In this document: piece after piece, positions 51,729-64,000 of the stretch
How the letters are laid out: the number at the start of each line of letters is the position of its first letter
Numbering within the stretch: position 1 is the stretch's first letter
Assembly (NCBI GenBank): GCA_964016885.1
Contig: OZ024743.1
Coordinates: forward strand, 235,600,001 to 235,664,000
Reading direction: 5' to 3'
Origin: Eledone cirrhosa
Taxonomy: Eukaryota
Length of the DNA: 64,000 nucleotides
The notes under the pieces: generated by a model
Database searches by the model: none
Seen by the model: only the letters and a program-made list of their open reading frames with translations
Told to the model about the DNA's origin: nothing
Position numbers and translations under genes: made by a program

Positions 51729-53049
51729 TTATAGGGAGGGGAAATTGAATATATATATATATTCATAGGGAGAGAAATTGAATATATATTACAGTCTCCT
51801 TCTCAACAAGGAAGATGAAAAAAACTTACCTCAACACTTAATTCTTTTTAATTGTAATACTCAACATTTGATAAGATGAATTTTACTAATACATTGAAAC
51901 TGGTAATACTTTATATATTTATGTTGTCCCTCTCATTTTTTCAATAATGTCACTTCGACGAATCAAAGAAAGGGAAAAAAGAGAAAAACAAACCCTAAAA
52001 TATATTTTCCGTGCTATTTCCAACTTCGTCTTTTCTCTATATCCACTGTTTTGTATAGCACCTTACTTCCCTTTTCAAATATATATATATATATATATAT
52101 ATAGGGAGGGGAAATTGTAGAATATATGATGATGGTTATCAGGATGGAAAATGAGAAAATTTATTAAAAAATATATATTCAGGAAGGAGGGATGGGGAGT
52201 GATGGCCATGGTCCCTTTTAAGGGCCACAGAGACTGATGAGAAAGGAAGGTATCACCAAACTGGGGACCTGGTATGAGCCTTTGTATTTGCAATAGTATG
52301 GAATATGTTAAAGCCAGTGAAAGAGCAGGTAATGGTGTTAGACTGGGCGGGAATTGAACTCAGAATACAAACAACTGCAAAAAAGACCAGAAAACACCCA
52401 ACAATGAGTGTTACAGTTGTTTGATCAACTGATCAGTATGCTGGAGAAATTAACATGCAAGTGGCTGAGCATTCCACAGACATATGTACCTTTAATGTAT
52501 CAGGGAGATTCAGCATGGCAAGATTGGAGCGTTTAAATTACAGGTACAGTCCTTCCGATGGGCTTCGATCATGTTTCTGCCTACCCAATTTCACTGACCA
52601 GGCTTGAGTCAATCTGAGGCTATGGTAAATGAGACTTGCCTAAGATGATACACAGGACATTATGATTGTGAAGAGAACTTTTTATCTCTTCAGCTATACT
52701 GTGTCAACCTTCATTGAGGTTTGTATAGACAATACAGATATGGTACAACTGCAAAAGTTGTATCTTATAGAAGGTTGTTCTGTAGTGTTTTAATGATAGG
52801 AACCAAACCAAAACCTTATGATGAAACAACAGAAGGTAAAGTGTACTGACATCTGTTGAGGCTGTGATAGACACCACAAATGATGGGGTAATCTGTGTTA
52901 CTGGGGAGGGTTTAATAAGACAGATCACACGGTAAGGTGTAAGGTGTAAGGTAGGGTGTACTGATATCTGTTGAGGCTGTGATAGACACCACAAACGATG
53001 GGGTAACCTCAATTACTGAGGAAGGTTTAATAAGGTAGGGTGTACTGAC

Positions 53050-53118
53050 CTGTGTTGAGGCTGTGATAGACACCACAAATGATGGTACACTGGAGCAGCT
53101 TAAGTTAACCAATCGACC
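53050..53118 (-). CDS. AHCYL1: Adenosylhomocysteinase-like protein exon (69 bp)
   Basis: cag|...|gtcagt; GRLVNLSCSSVPSFVVSITASTQ. SCSSVP in place of the AHCY GCAxGHP marks the AHCYL/IRBIT subfamily; AHCYL1 and AHCYL2 cannot be told apart here. Confidence 0.95.
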
Positions 53119-53911
53119 CTGAAACAGTAAACACAGATTGTCTTAAGACATCTTCTGGGGAGAAGATATAAGTGGAGACATGACTCTTATCAGACACTTC
53201 CTTCACTATTTCACTACACGCTGTAAAACACACATATGTACACTCACACAGATACACATACAGACACATGTATATATAAACATGCACACAGAGATATGCA
53301 TAAGCATATACACACGTATATATATAAACATGCACACACACACAGAGATACACATATGCATACATACACACACGTATATATAAACATAGATACATACACA
53401 TGTATGTATATATATATAGACACGCATGCACACATGTATATAAACACACACACGTCTACATGTGTGTGTGAAAAGACATGCAAGTATAAAAAAAAATCAG
53501 CCATGAAAATGGCCATGATGACACATTAACACTTTGGCTTCCAAACCACCTGAAACAGCTCTGGTTTCTATGACAGAAATCTGTTTTCAAATACCAAACA
53601 AAAGGGTCAGGAGGACCCTAATTTATTTCAAAGACATGACAACCTCTCCTGAGTACTTGGTGGAGCTTTGACAGTAGATAAAGCAAGACACAGATCCCTG
53701 GCTTCTCTGGGAGATTAGTGGCTCCAATTCATAACTGACTTGATCTATGTAGACCTGTCCAACCCATGCTAGCTGGGAAAGTGGATGTTAAAATGATGAT
53801 GATGATGATTATATATGTCAAAGCCTTCCATCATAATTTTTACATTATTAAATTATTCGAAGTCCTTGATTATTTTCAAACTTATTTGAAAAGCACGGGT
53901 AGTGTCTTTAA

Positions 53912-54760
53912 ATTAGAAATATGGTAATGAAAGGGTTAAAGACAGAGACAGTGTCTTTCATTAGAAATATGGTAATGAAAGGGTTAAAGACAGAGACAGT
54001 GTCTTTCATTAGAAATATGGTAATGAAAGGGTTAAAGACAGAGACAGTGTCTTTCATTAGAAATATGGTAATGAAAGGGTTAAAGACAGAGACAGTGTCT
54101 TTCATTAGAAATATGGTAATGAAAGGGTTAAAGACAGAGACAGTGTCTTTCATTAGAAATATGGTAATGAAAAGGTTAATGACATAGACAGTGTCTTTCA
54201 TTAGAAATATGGTAATGAAAGGGTTAAAGACAGAGACAGTGTCTTTCATTAGAAATATGGTAATGAAAAGGTTAATGACATAGACAGTGTCTTTCATTAG
54301 AAATATGGTAATGAAAGGATTAAATACTCAGACAGTGTCTTTCATTAGAAATATGGTAATGAAAGGGTTAAAGACAGAGACAGTGTCTTTCATTAGAAAT
54401 ATGGTAATGAAAAGGTTAATGACATAGACAGTGTCTTTCATTAGAAATATGGTAATGAAAGGATTAAATACTCAGACAGTGTCTTTCATTAGAAATATGG
54501 TAATGAAAGGGTTAATGACATAGTCAGTGTCTTTTATTAGAAATATGGTAATGAAAGGGTTAATGGCATAGTCACTGTCTTTTATTAGAAATATGGTAAT
54601 GAAAGGGTTAAATACTCAGACAGTGTCTTTCATTAGTAATATGGTAATGACAGGGTTAATGGCTTAGTCAGTGTCTTTCATTAGTAATATGGTAATGAAA
54701 GGGTTAATGACATAGACAGTGTCTTTCATTAGAAATATGGTAATGAAAGAGTTAAAGACT
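53912..54760. repeat. 48-bp minisatellite, about 17-18 copies
   Basis: Unit attagaaatatggtaatgaaagggttaaagacagagacagtgtctttc; contains an AAAGGG-TTAA MITE-like end. Confidence 0.95.
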
Positions 54761-55860
54761 AAATAACATTGTAGATTTTACTATTTCAACAAACTGAAAT
54801 CTTCATCAATTAGCATTTTCTGAAATCATTAAATACATTTCAAAATATCAGTTTATAGTAGAGTGGTCTTTATTCCATCCAAACTAGTTGTTACAGCCAG
54901 TATGGCATATTGCCAACTGGCACCATTAGCTGGTCAATTCTGTAGTCCTTAAAGAACTTCTATTGGCTGAAAATCAAATCAATATGACAGTTTATGTTTT
55001 GCTCCCTGCTACATCAATACACAACCAATTGTAATGTTTCTCAACTTGAAGATTTAAAGAATACAGATGAGCAACCCCCCCCCCCAAAAAAAAAAACGAT
55101 TCTTGTTTGCAACAGATTCTCTCATTCTATTTGGTTTTAGAAAACAAACAAACCCCAAACAACCCCGTCTTCTGAAATAAAAAGAACCCCCACTCAAATT
55201 GGAAGATTTGGTAGAGAGGACTCATGCCAGTACCATAATAAAAACACCCAATACACTGTGAAGGGGTTGACATTAAGAATGGCATCCAGCTGTAGTAATG
55301 GTGTAAAAACCTGAACATATGAGAGTGAGATGTGGCCCTTAGCCCACCAATGAGAGGACAGGAACTCTGACTTGGTCAATAACAACCTAGCCTTCCCATG
55401 CAATATGTAAAAGTAGACATTACATGGTGATGATGATGAGAAACAAGCCTACACAGTAGGCTTACATAGTTTCCATCTCCCAAATTACACAAATGACAAG
55501 GTTAGAATGTCTCAGGAAAGAATAGCTGGAGTCGCTCCAGATAAAGCTGCTACTTCTCTGAATTGAGAGATAACAGATCCGATACTATGGACATGTGGTT
55601 AGAATGTCTAAGGAAAAATTGATGGACATATTTTACATATATATATATATATAAAATAATAATTGATGCTTTGAACCAAGGTCCATTGAGCTTATTTATT
55701 GAGAAACATGATCATCATATATATTAAATGTGTATTGATTTGTTAATGTAGTATATATATACATATACATCCACTCAGAAAAGAAAAAAAGAATTTACAT
55801 GTAGTTTCTGATCACCAAATATCCCGCTGAAGATATTGGTCAATTGAAGACTATAGTAGA

Positions 55861-56610
<750 letters not shown>

Positions 56611-56802
56611 TTATTACATTACTTAATCTCGGGTCCCAAATAATAGGGATGTGTGAAATAAGTGTATGTGTGTGTGTAGGGGGTTTGGAAAATCAGAATT
56701 AGTCGTTTAGTTTACATATTGAGACTCCAACCCATCCTATATATTTTATAAAGTATGACATTTCTAGTAATGTACTTTTTTGTCATGTATAATGATTTTT
56801 AA

Positions 56803-57022
56803 CTCTTTAGCATTTAAACCGGCCGTATCTGGCCAGAATTATCTCACCTTTTTCTGTTCAAACCAGCCATAACTGGCTGCTCATACTGATGTTAAGGTAT
56901 TGTTCTCAAAATAAATAATATAAAAATCTCATAATTCGATATTATGTGAGATAATTATGTGAAATAAAGTGTTTACCATGAAAATACAATAGTAAATATA
57001 GAGTAATGTAAATGCTAAAGGG
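56803..57022. mobile_element. piggyBac-type MITE (220 bp), opposite orientation to the 41679 copy
   Basis: TTAA flanks and the same TIR and body. Confidence 0.88.
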
Positions 57023-57421
57023 TTAATGTAAAAATAAAATTCAGAGACACCAACCAACCCACCTACCTACCCAGTTAATAACTGGTATTTCATTAATGTT
57101 CCACTAATATGCTGCTTGGTGGGAGGCCGCCAACTTTATGAGCTGAAGTACGTAACAGACACGGTAAACCTCATCAGTATAAAGTGAGCTACTGTTTATG
57201 TAAACAACTAATCTTTTAATAACAGTTTTTTTCTTCTTTTATGAGACTCATTCTGTTTTAACAAAGTCTGATGTTATATTTAATGTATAAATATAAACTT
57301 ATCTCTAACATGACTACCATCACCAGAAATATCACTATCTCTCTCTCTATATATATATGTGTGTGTGTATACAAAAAAGAAAATTTTCGCTCTACATGGC
57401 TGAATACAATAAATGTAATCC

Positions 57422-57750
57422 GAGTTTCTCGAATATTAATAATAACATTCGATTCGTTTGCAATTATGCAAACAAGCCTCAATTTTATAGCCATGTCAGT
57501 AGAATGAACCCTTCATTCTTGCTCTTGTGTTGGCATGTGAACAGAACTGCAGACACTAATGTTTCTGGGTATCACCCTTCATCAGTACAGCTCACTGTTC
57601 ACCTGCCAAGCTGTCAGAGCTAGTGATCGGTTCACATGCTAACAGAAGAGCAAGAATGAAGGGTTCATTCTACTGACATGGCTATAAAATTGAGGCTTGT
57701 TTGCATAATTGCAAACAAATCGAATGTTATTATTAATATTCGAGAAACTC
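57422..57750. repeat. Inverted repeat (121-bp arms, 87-bp spacer); Penelope pLTR-like
   Basis: 57422-57542 is the reverse complement of 57630-57750. Confidence 0.9.
57544..57593 (-). ncRNA. Minimal type I hammerhead ribozyme motif
   Basis: GAGCTGTA-CTGATGA-A-GGGT gat ACCC-A-GAAA-CATTAGTG-TC-TGCAGTTC; 8-bp stem I with GU pairs, GUC site; the stem II closing pair is non-canonical. Confidence 0.75.
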
Positions 57751-59740
57751 TGCTTTTGTTAGTAATTGCTTCAAATTTTGCTTTTGTTAGTAATTGCTTC
57801 AAATTTTTCGGCTGTCTTTTACTAAGAGTCAAAGATCGATCTGTGATTAAGCCTTTTAATTGATTACTTTGAGCAATGATCGGTAGGTTTGCTTTGGCAG
57901 TGTTGAAGATATTCTGGGACCATTATAAATGGTATGACCAGTTCTTGGTTTCTTCTTCCTTGGGTTGTCCTAAGTTGTTGTATAGGTATTTTTATAGCCC
58001 GCTGTATGCCATTTTCTATAAGTAGAGATGGGTATTTTTGTTTGAGCAAAAATTCTCTTAGTTCTGTTAGGTGTTTGTTCCTGGTATTCGTATCTTCTAC
58101 AAAGGTACAAATTCTTCTGGCTAGGCAGTATGGGATGTTGCGTTTTGTATGAGGCACGACTTAAAATTCAGATATTGATAGGTGTCTGTGTGTTTATAAT
58201 ATATATCAGTGGTAATGGTAGTGTCGTTTTTGATTACCATTATTTCTAGGAATGGTAATTTGGTACTACTCATCTCTTTTGTGAATTGGAGAGATGGGTG
58301 TAGGTTATTCAGGAGGATATAGAACTCATCCAGAGTATCTAGAGATTCTGTCCAGATGATGAAACAGTCGTCAAGGTATCTCTTCCAAGATTTTTCAATG
58401 TACTTTCTAAAGTTAGTACTATATTATTCCTCTATTTTTTGGTAGAGTTGTTGTTCTAAGTACCCCATTACAGAGTTCGCGTAAACGGGAGCAAACTTTG
58501 TTCCCATCGTTGTGCCTCTAATTTGGATGTAATTCTTTCCATTGAAGAAGAAAGTGTTGTTTTCCAGAATAAGTTTGACTGCGTCTAATATAAATGGTGC
58601 TGTGAATCTGGTGGGAATCACTTCTCTATGTTTTTCCACCCAGTATTTAACCGCCTTTATTCCTAAATCATGTGTAATGTTGGTGTAAAGGCTTTAGAAA
58701 GTACATTGAAAAATCTTGGAAGAGATACCTTGACGATCGATCTTTGACTCTTAGTAAAAGACAGCCGAAAAATTTGAAGCAATTACTAACAAAAGCAAAG
58801 TTTGACCTTAACAACAAAGACCAATCATTCACTTTATCTAATTGCAATGATAGTCGATGTGGCACATGTCAATCCATACACGCCGGTCAATATATGAAAA
58901 CAAAAACTGGAAAAATATTCCCAAATGCAAATATGAACTGCAAAAGCAGAAATCTAATTTACTGCATTAAATGCCCGAATTGTGAAGAACTATATGTCGG
59001 TCAAACTGGTCAAATGCACTATCGGAACGTGCATGGGTACACCGACAGCAAATCAGAGACCCAAATGTCCGCCAGATTCCCCTGAGTAACCATCTAGCAA
59101 CATGTGGTCAGAGAATATTTATATTTCCATTCTACAAATTACACAGCCCAAGTGAAATCAAAAGAAAAATCAAAGAAAAGAATTTTATTGATAAATTCCA
59201 ACCCAAGCTAAATGAACAATAATAATGGGGTATTAATCCTACCATGACTGACCACTAACAACAACAACAACAACAACAATAATAATAATTTAAAAAAGTG
59301 ATGTTGATGGTGATGATTACTAGAAAATGCTATTTTCATCATTTCTAAAAATAGCAAAACAATTGATGCTTTGGATAGGGTCAAATAGTAGTCGTTAGAC
59401 ATGCTCAACCAACCGTGATGCCTAAACCAATCAGCTTTAGTAATCCAGTGAAACTACACACCGATTGGTCGAAATACAGTTTGCAAGATTTAGCATTCTG
59501 TAGCCACTTTTCACTGTATATAAGGCACAAAATTAACCCATCTCATTACAGTTGAAAATTGCAAACTTGACTGTCACCACAGAATATGAACCTAAAGATT
59601 ACGAAAGCATGAAAGTACTTGTTCAATTAACACTTAATATTTAATATTCTACCATACTATTTCATTCTAATACCATTATATATTTTAAAGGATTGTAAAT
59701 AAAACGGAATTCCTTTTATTAATATAATCTTCTATACACA
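57751..59740. mobile_element. Rearranged Penelope-like element (RT on the minus strand, GIY-YIG on the plus strand)
   Basis: Minus: ILENNTFFFNGKNYIQIRGTTMGTKFAPVYAN, WKRYLDDCF, PFLEI, HTKRNIPYCLARRI. Plus: KRQPKNLKQLL, CNDSRCGTC, NCKSRNLIYCIKCPNCEELYVGQT. Short segments are present twice in inverted orientation at the junctions. Confidence 0.9.
59587..59625 (+). ncRNA. Degenerate minimal hammerhead in the Penelope 3' pLTR
   Basis: TGAAC-CTAAAGA-...-GAAA-GTAC-TT-GTTCA; the core has a G>A change, so it is probably inactive. Confidence 0.5.
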
Positions 59741-59811
59741 ATCATACACACCTGTGTATATTTATCTCTCTATATATATATAGTTATGTAATAAACAACA
59801 TAAGGCAATTA

Positions 59812-59872
59812 TTTCATTTACCAGTGGTTTCTTAAAAGCAAACAAATTTTGCTTTCAATCATCAGAATGAAA
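59812..59872 (-). ncRNA. Type I hammerhead ribozyme motif (mirror copy)
   Basis: Exact reverse complement of 59937-59997. Confidence 0.8.
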
Positions 59873-59936
59873 AAATCCTGGTGTATTTATTGGCATTGGT
59901 TTTTAAAATCCAATGCCAATAAATACACCAGGATTT

Positions 59937-59997
59937 TTTCATTCTGATGATTGAAAGCAAAATTTGTTTGCTTTTAAGAAACCACTGGTAAATGAAA
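59937..59997 (+). ncRNA. Type I hammerhead ribozyme motif
   Basis: TTTCATT-CTGATGA-TTGAAAGCAAA atttg TTTGCTTTTAA-GAAA-CCACTGG-TA-AATGAAA; 7-bp stem I, 11-bp stem II, short stem III; predicted cut after 59990. Confidence 0.82.
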
Positions 59998-60847
59998 TAA
60001 TTGCCTTATGTTGTTTATTACATAACTATTAAGCTGTTACCTACATAGAGCACTCTTTTTTCCTTGACTTTTCCAACGGAATTACTTCATTCACACACAT
60101 ATATATATATACACACACCAATTTTTGTATTAGAATGGCCCATATTACATACAGACACACCTGTACACACACACATATATACATAAGCTGCAACTGCAAT
60201 AAAGACCACTCTAACCTAGTTAGTCTGGAAAAGTGGACATAAAAACGATGGTGACAATATATATTTATTCTCTGAATTCTATCTTGAGATGTTTTTCCAG
60301 ACAAGACGTTTAATTTTGTATCATTCTTATATTAGTAAAATAAGTTGGATTACTTTGAATAAATAATGAATGAATATTACATAATTTATCTACTAAATTT
60401 TGTGGCTGTTCATTAAATATATTTTATTACTTATTTAAAATTTTCAAATGTCAACACTTCCGGTTAGCGATCGTTTAAATAAACATTCATATATTTCCGT
60501 AATTAATTTTCTCCTAATGCAGATTATATATAATATCGTCTTTTTTTAATGTATCATGGATTACATTACTGATTACATAAGACAGTGTAACACAGTCTTT
60601 GTTCAATTTCTGTGTATATTGTCAATTATGATTTTATTTGATGTATTATATCTACATGTGTATATATACCTGCGTATAATATCAATATACACACTACACA
60701 TGCTAGCAGAAAACCACCCTAAGGGTGGTTTTTCTGCTAGTAAGTAGTAATAATAATATATATATTCATTAATTTCTGTATTAGAATGAGCCATATTACA
60801 AACAGACATACATATATACCTGTACACATACACATACATATATATTA

Positions 60848-60994
<147 letters not shown>

Positions 60995-61570
60995 TTATAG
61001 ATCAACAACAAATGATAATATATAACAGGATATCATTAACTGATTAACCCTGTTGTCATTTTGAGGTCTACAAAGCAATATTCTCACGATTTTTCAAAAA
61101 CCTGCCAGTGTGACTATTTGGTTAGTTGTGCTATATCCGGGATGAAAACCACACAGTTCATCAGCTACATTGGACTCAACAACCTCCCTATGTCTCTCTG
61201 CCAAACATTTAGCATAGACTTTACTGAGGAGGCTTTACAAGGAGAATACCTCAGTTGTTTCTGACTGGACCTGCAGGAAGGAGTGTTTAAGGACCCTGCC
61301 CCTTCAACCCTCTCTGGAATAGATGAGAGGAGGAGAAGGGCATCCAGCCATAGAAACCAAGCCAGATACAGTTCTGTAAGGACAAGACACGCTCATCTGA
61401 TCTGGCTTATCTCACGACAGGACAAAACATCTAAGCCATGGATAAATGGACATTAAACGATGTGATGATGATGATGATGATACATATCTGTACACAGAAC
61501 AAGTTTTAGCTGAATCCACAAGAGATGGAAGTAACCATATCTTGTTTATGTGGAATGAGAAATAGCTTAA

Positions 61571-63810
61571 CCCTTTAGCATTGAAACCTGCCAGATCCGG
61601 CCAGAACTCTTTCACTTCTTTCTGTTCAAACCAGCCATATCTTGCTCTCAAAATAAATAATATCAAAATCTCATAGATTCAATACTATATGAAATAATTA
61701 TATGAGGTAAAGCCTTTACTGTGAAAATATAATAGTATATATAGAGTAATGTAATTGTTATGTGAGATATTACGTGAAGTAAAGCCTCTACTGTGAAAAT
61801 ACAATAGTATCATTCCATTTTATGTCCGCTTTTTCCCTGCTTGCAAGGGTGGGACCCAGTATATATAGAATAATGTAAATGTTATGCGAGATATTATGTG
61901 AGCTAAAGCCTTTACTGCGACAATACAATAGTATATATAGAGCAATGTAAATGTTATGTGAGATATTATGTGAGGTAAAGCCTTCACCGTGAAAACACAA
62001 TAGTATATATAGAGTAATGTAAATGTTATGTGAGATATGTGAGGTAAAGCCTTTACTGTGAAAATACAATAGTATATATAGAGCAATGTAAATGTTATGT
62101 GAGATATTATGTGAGCTAAAGCCTTTACTGTGACAATACAATAGTATATATAGAGCAATGTAAATGTTAAGTGAGATATTATGTAAGGTAAAACCTTCAC
62201 CGTGAAAACAATAGTATATGTAGAGTAATGCAAATGTTATGCGAGATATTATGTGACAATACAATAGTATATATAGAGTAATGTAATTGTTATGTGAGAT
62301 ATTACGTGAGGTAAAGCCTCTACTGTGAAAATACAATAATATATAGAGAGTAATGTAAATGTTATGCGAGATATTATGTGAGGTAAAGACTTTACTATAC
62401 AATAGTATATATATCGAAATGTAAATGGTATGTGAGGTAAAGCCTTTACTGTGAAAATACAATAGTATATATAGAGTAATATAAATGTTATGTGAGGTAT
62501 TATGTAAGGTAAAGCCTTTTACCATGAAAACACAATAGTATATATAGAGTAATGTAATTGTCATGTGAGATATTATGTGAGGTAAAGCCTTTACTGTGAA
62601 AATACAATAGTATATATAGAGTAATGTAAATGTTATGCGAGATATTATGTGAGGTAAAGACTTTACTATACAATAGTATATATAGAGAAATGTAAATGGT
62701 ATGTGAGGTATTATGTGAGGTAAAGCCTTCACCGTGAAAACACAATAGTATATATAGAGTAATGTAAATGTTATGTGAGATATGTGAGGTAAAGTCTTTA
62801 CTGTGAAAATACAATAGTATATATAGAGTAATGTAAATGTTATGTGAGATATTATGTGAGCTAAAGCCTTTACTGTGACAATACAATAGTATATATAGAG
62901 CAATGTAAATGTTATGTGAGATATTATGTAAGGTAAAACCTTCACCGTGAAAACAATAGTATATATAGAGTAATGTAAATGTTATGTGAGATATTATGTG
63001 AGGTAAAGCCTTTACTGTGACAATACAATAGTATATATAGAGTAATGTAATTGTTATGTGAGATATTATGTAAGGTAAAGCCTTTACTGTGAAAATACAA
63101 TAGTATATATAAAGTAATGTAATTGTTATGTGAGATATTACGTGAGGTAAAGCCTCTACTGTGAAAATACAATAGTATATATAGAGTAATGTAAATGTTA
63201 TGTGAGCTAAAGCCTTTACTGTGACAATACAATAGTATATATAGAGCAATGTAAATGTTATGTGAGATATTATATGAGGTCAAGCCTTCACCGTGAAAAA
63301 ACAATAGTATATATAGAGTAATGTAAATGTTATGTGAGATATTATGTGAGGTAAAGCCTTTACTGTGAAAATACAATAGTATATATAGAATAATGTAAAT
63401 GTTATGTGAGGTATTATGTAAGGTAAAGCCTTTACCGTGAAAACACAATAGTATATATAGAGTAATGTAATTGTTATGTGAGGTAAAGCCTTTACTGTGA
63501 AAATACAATAGTATATATAGAGTAATGTAAATGTTATGCGAGCTATTATGTGAGGTAAAGACTTTACTATACAATAGTATATATATCGAAATGTAAATGG
63601 TATGTGAGGTAAAGCCTTTACTGTGAAAATACAATAGTATATATAGAGTAATGTAAATGTTATGCGAGATATTATGCGAGGTAAAGACTTTACTATACAA
63701 TAGTATATATAGAGAAATGTAAATGGTATGTGAGGTATTATGTGAGGTAAAGCCTTTACTGTGAAAATACAATAGTATATATAGAGTAATGTAAATGTTA
63801 TGCGGGATAT
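61571..63810. repeat. piggyBac-type MITE whose internal 72-bp segment is amplified into a satellite of about 2.1 kb
   Basis: Starts TTAA-CCCTTTAGCATT with the MITE body, then about 30 copies of tatgtgagatattatgtgaggtaaagcctttactgtgaaaatacaatagtatatatagagtaatgtaaatgt and 60-bp variants; a short RTE tail is inserted at about 61811-61857. Confidence 0.92.
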
Positions 63811-64000
63811 TCATCATCATCATCATCGTTTAACGTCCATGTTCCATGCTTGCATGGGTTTGGACGGGAGTTTTCCCACTTGAGGCAAGAGTGGTTGTCT
63901 TGCTCGCATAGGACTGTCTGGCGGGTTTTCTACAGCTGGATGCCCTTCCTAACACCAACCACATTTACAGTGTGGGACTGGGAGGTTTTTACCGTGTTGC
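63811..64000 (-). mobile_element. RTE-related 3' end (LINE or SINE tail)
   Basis: (CAT)n followed by sequence nearly identical to 46010-46200. Confidence 0.85.

Larger units (their letters stand above)
59780..60029. repeat. 250-bp spacerless palindrome with a hammerhead on each strand
   Basis: 125-bp arms; the only mismatch I found is 59900/59909; same terminal sequence as the 40874-41215 element. Confidence 0.95.

Noticed and set aside
57140-57192. CTGATGAG on the minus strand
   Set aside because: No correctly placed GAAA or stems I and III; not a complete hammerhead.
61788-63826. Long minus-strand ORFs (249-385 aa)
   Set aside because: They are translations of the 72-bp satellite (24-aa periodicity), not genes.

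Overview
AT-rich, microsatellite-dense eukaryotic DNA; the SINE and LINE families suggest an octopus or other cephalopod genome (inference, not checked against a database). The left half (1-29 kb) is a pile-up of transposons: an internally deleted mariner; a head-to-tail array of R4/Dong-like RLE retrotransposons in (TAA)n tracts; a near full-length L1/Tx1-clade LINE in an (ATT)n tract; CRE-like remnants; and two nested non-coding LTR elements. The right half holds the last six coding exons of a minus-strand adenosylhomocysteinase-like gene (AHCYL/IRBIT type). Its introns contain two RTE LINEs, a rearranged Penelope-like element, piggyBac-type MITEs and minisatellites built from TE pieces. The most notable signal is a set of about 11 type-I hammerhead ribozyme motifs found by eye, some of them degenerate. 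Several sit in fold-back palindromes that encode a hammerhead on both strands, one pair sits in a 477-nt tandem retrozyme-like unit, and one lies in the loop of an intronic inverted repeat on the host gene's sense strand. All folds were paired by hand and need computational and biochemical confirmation.
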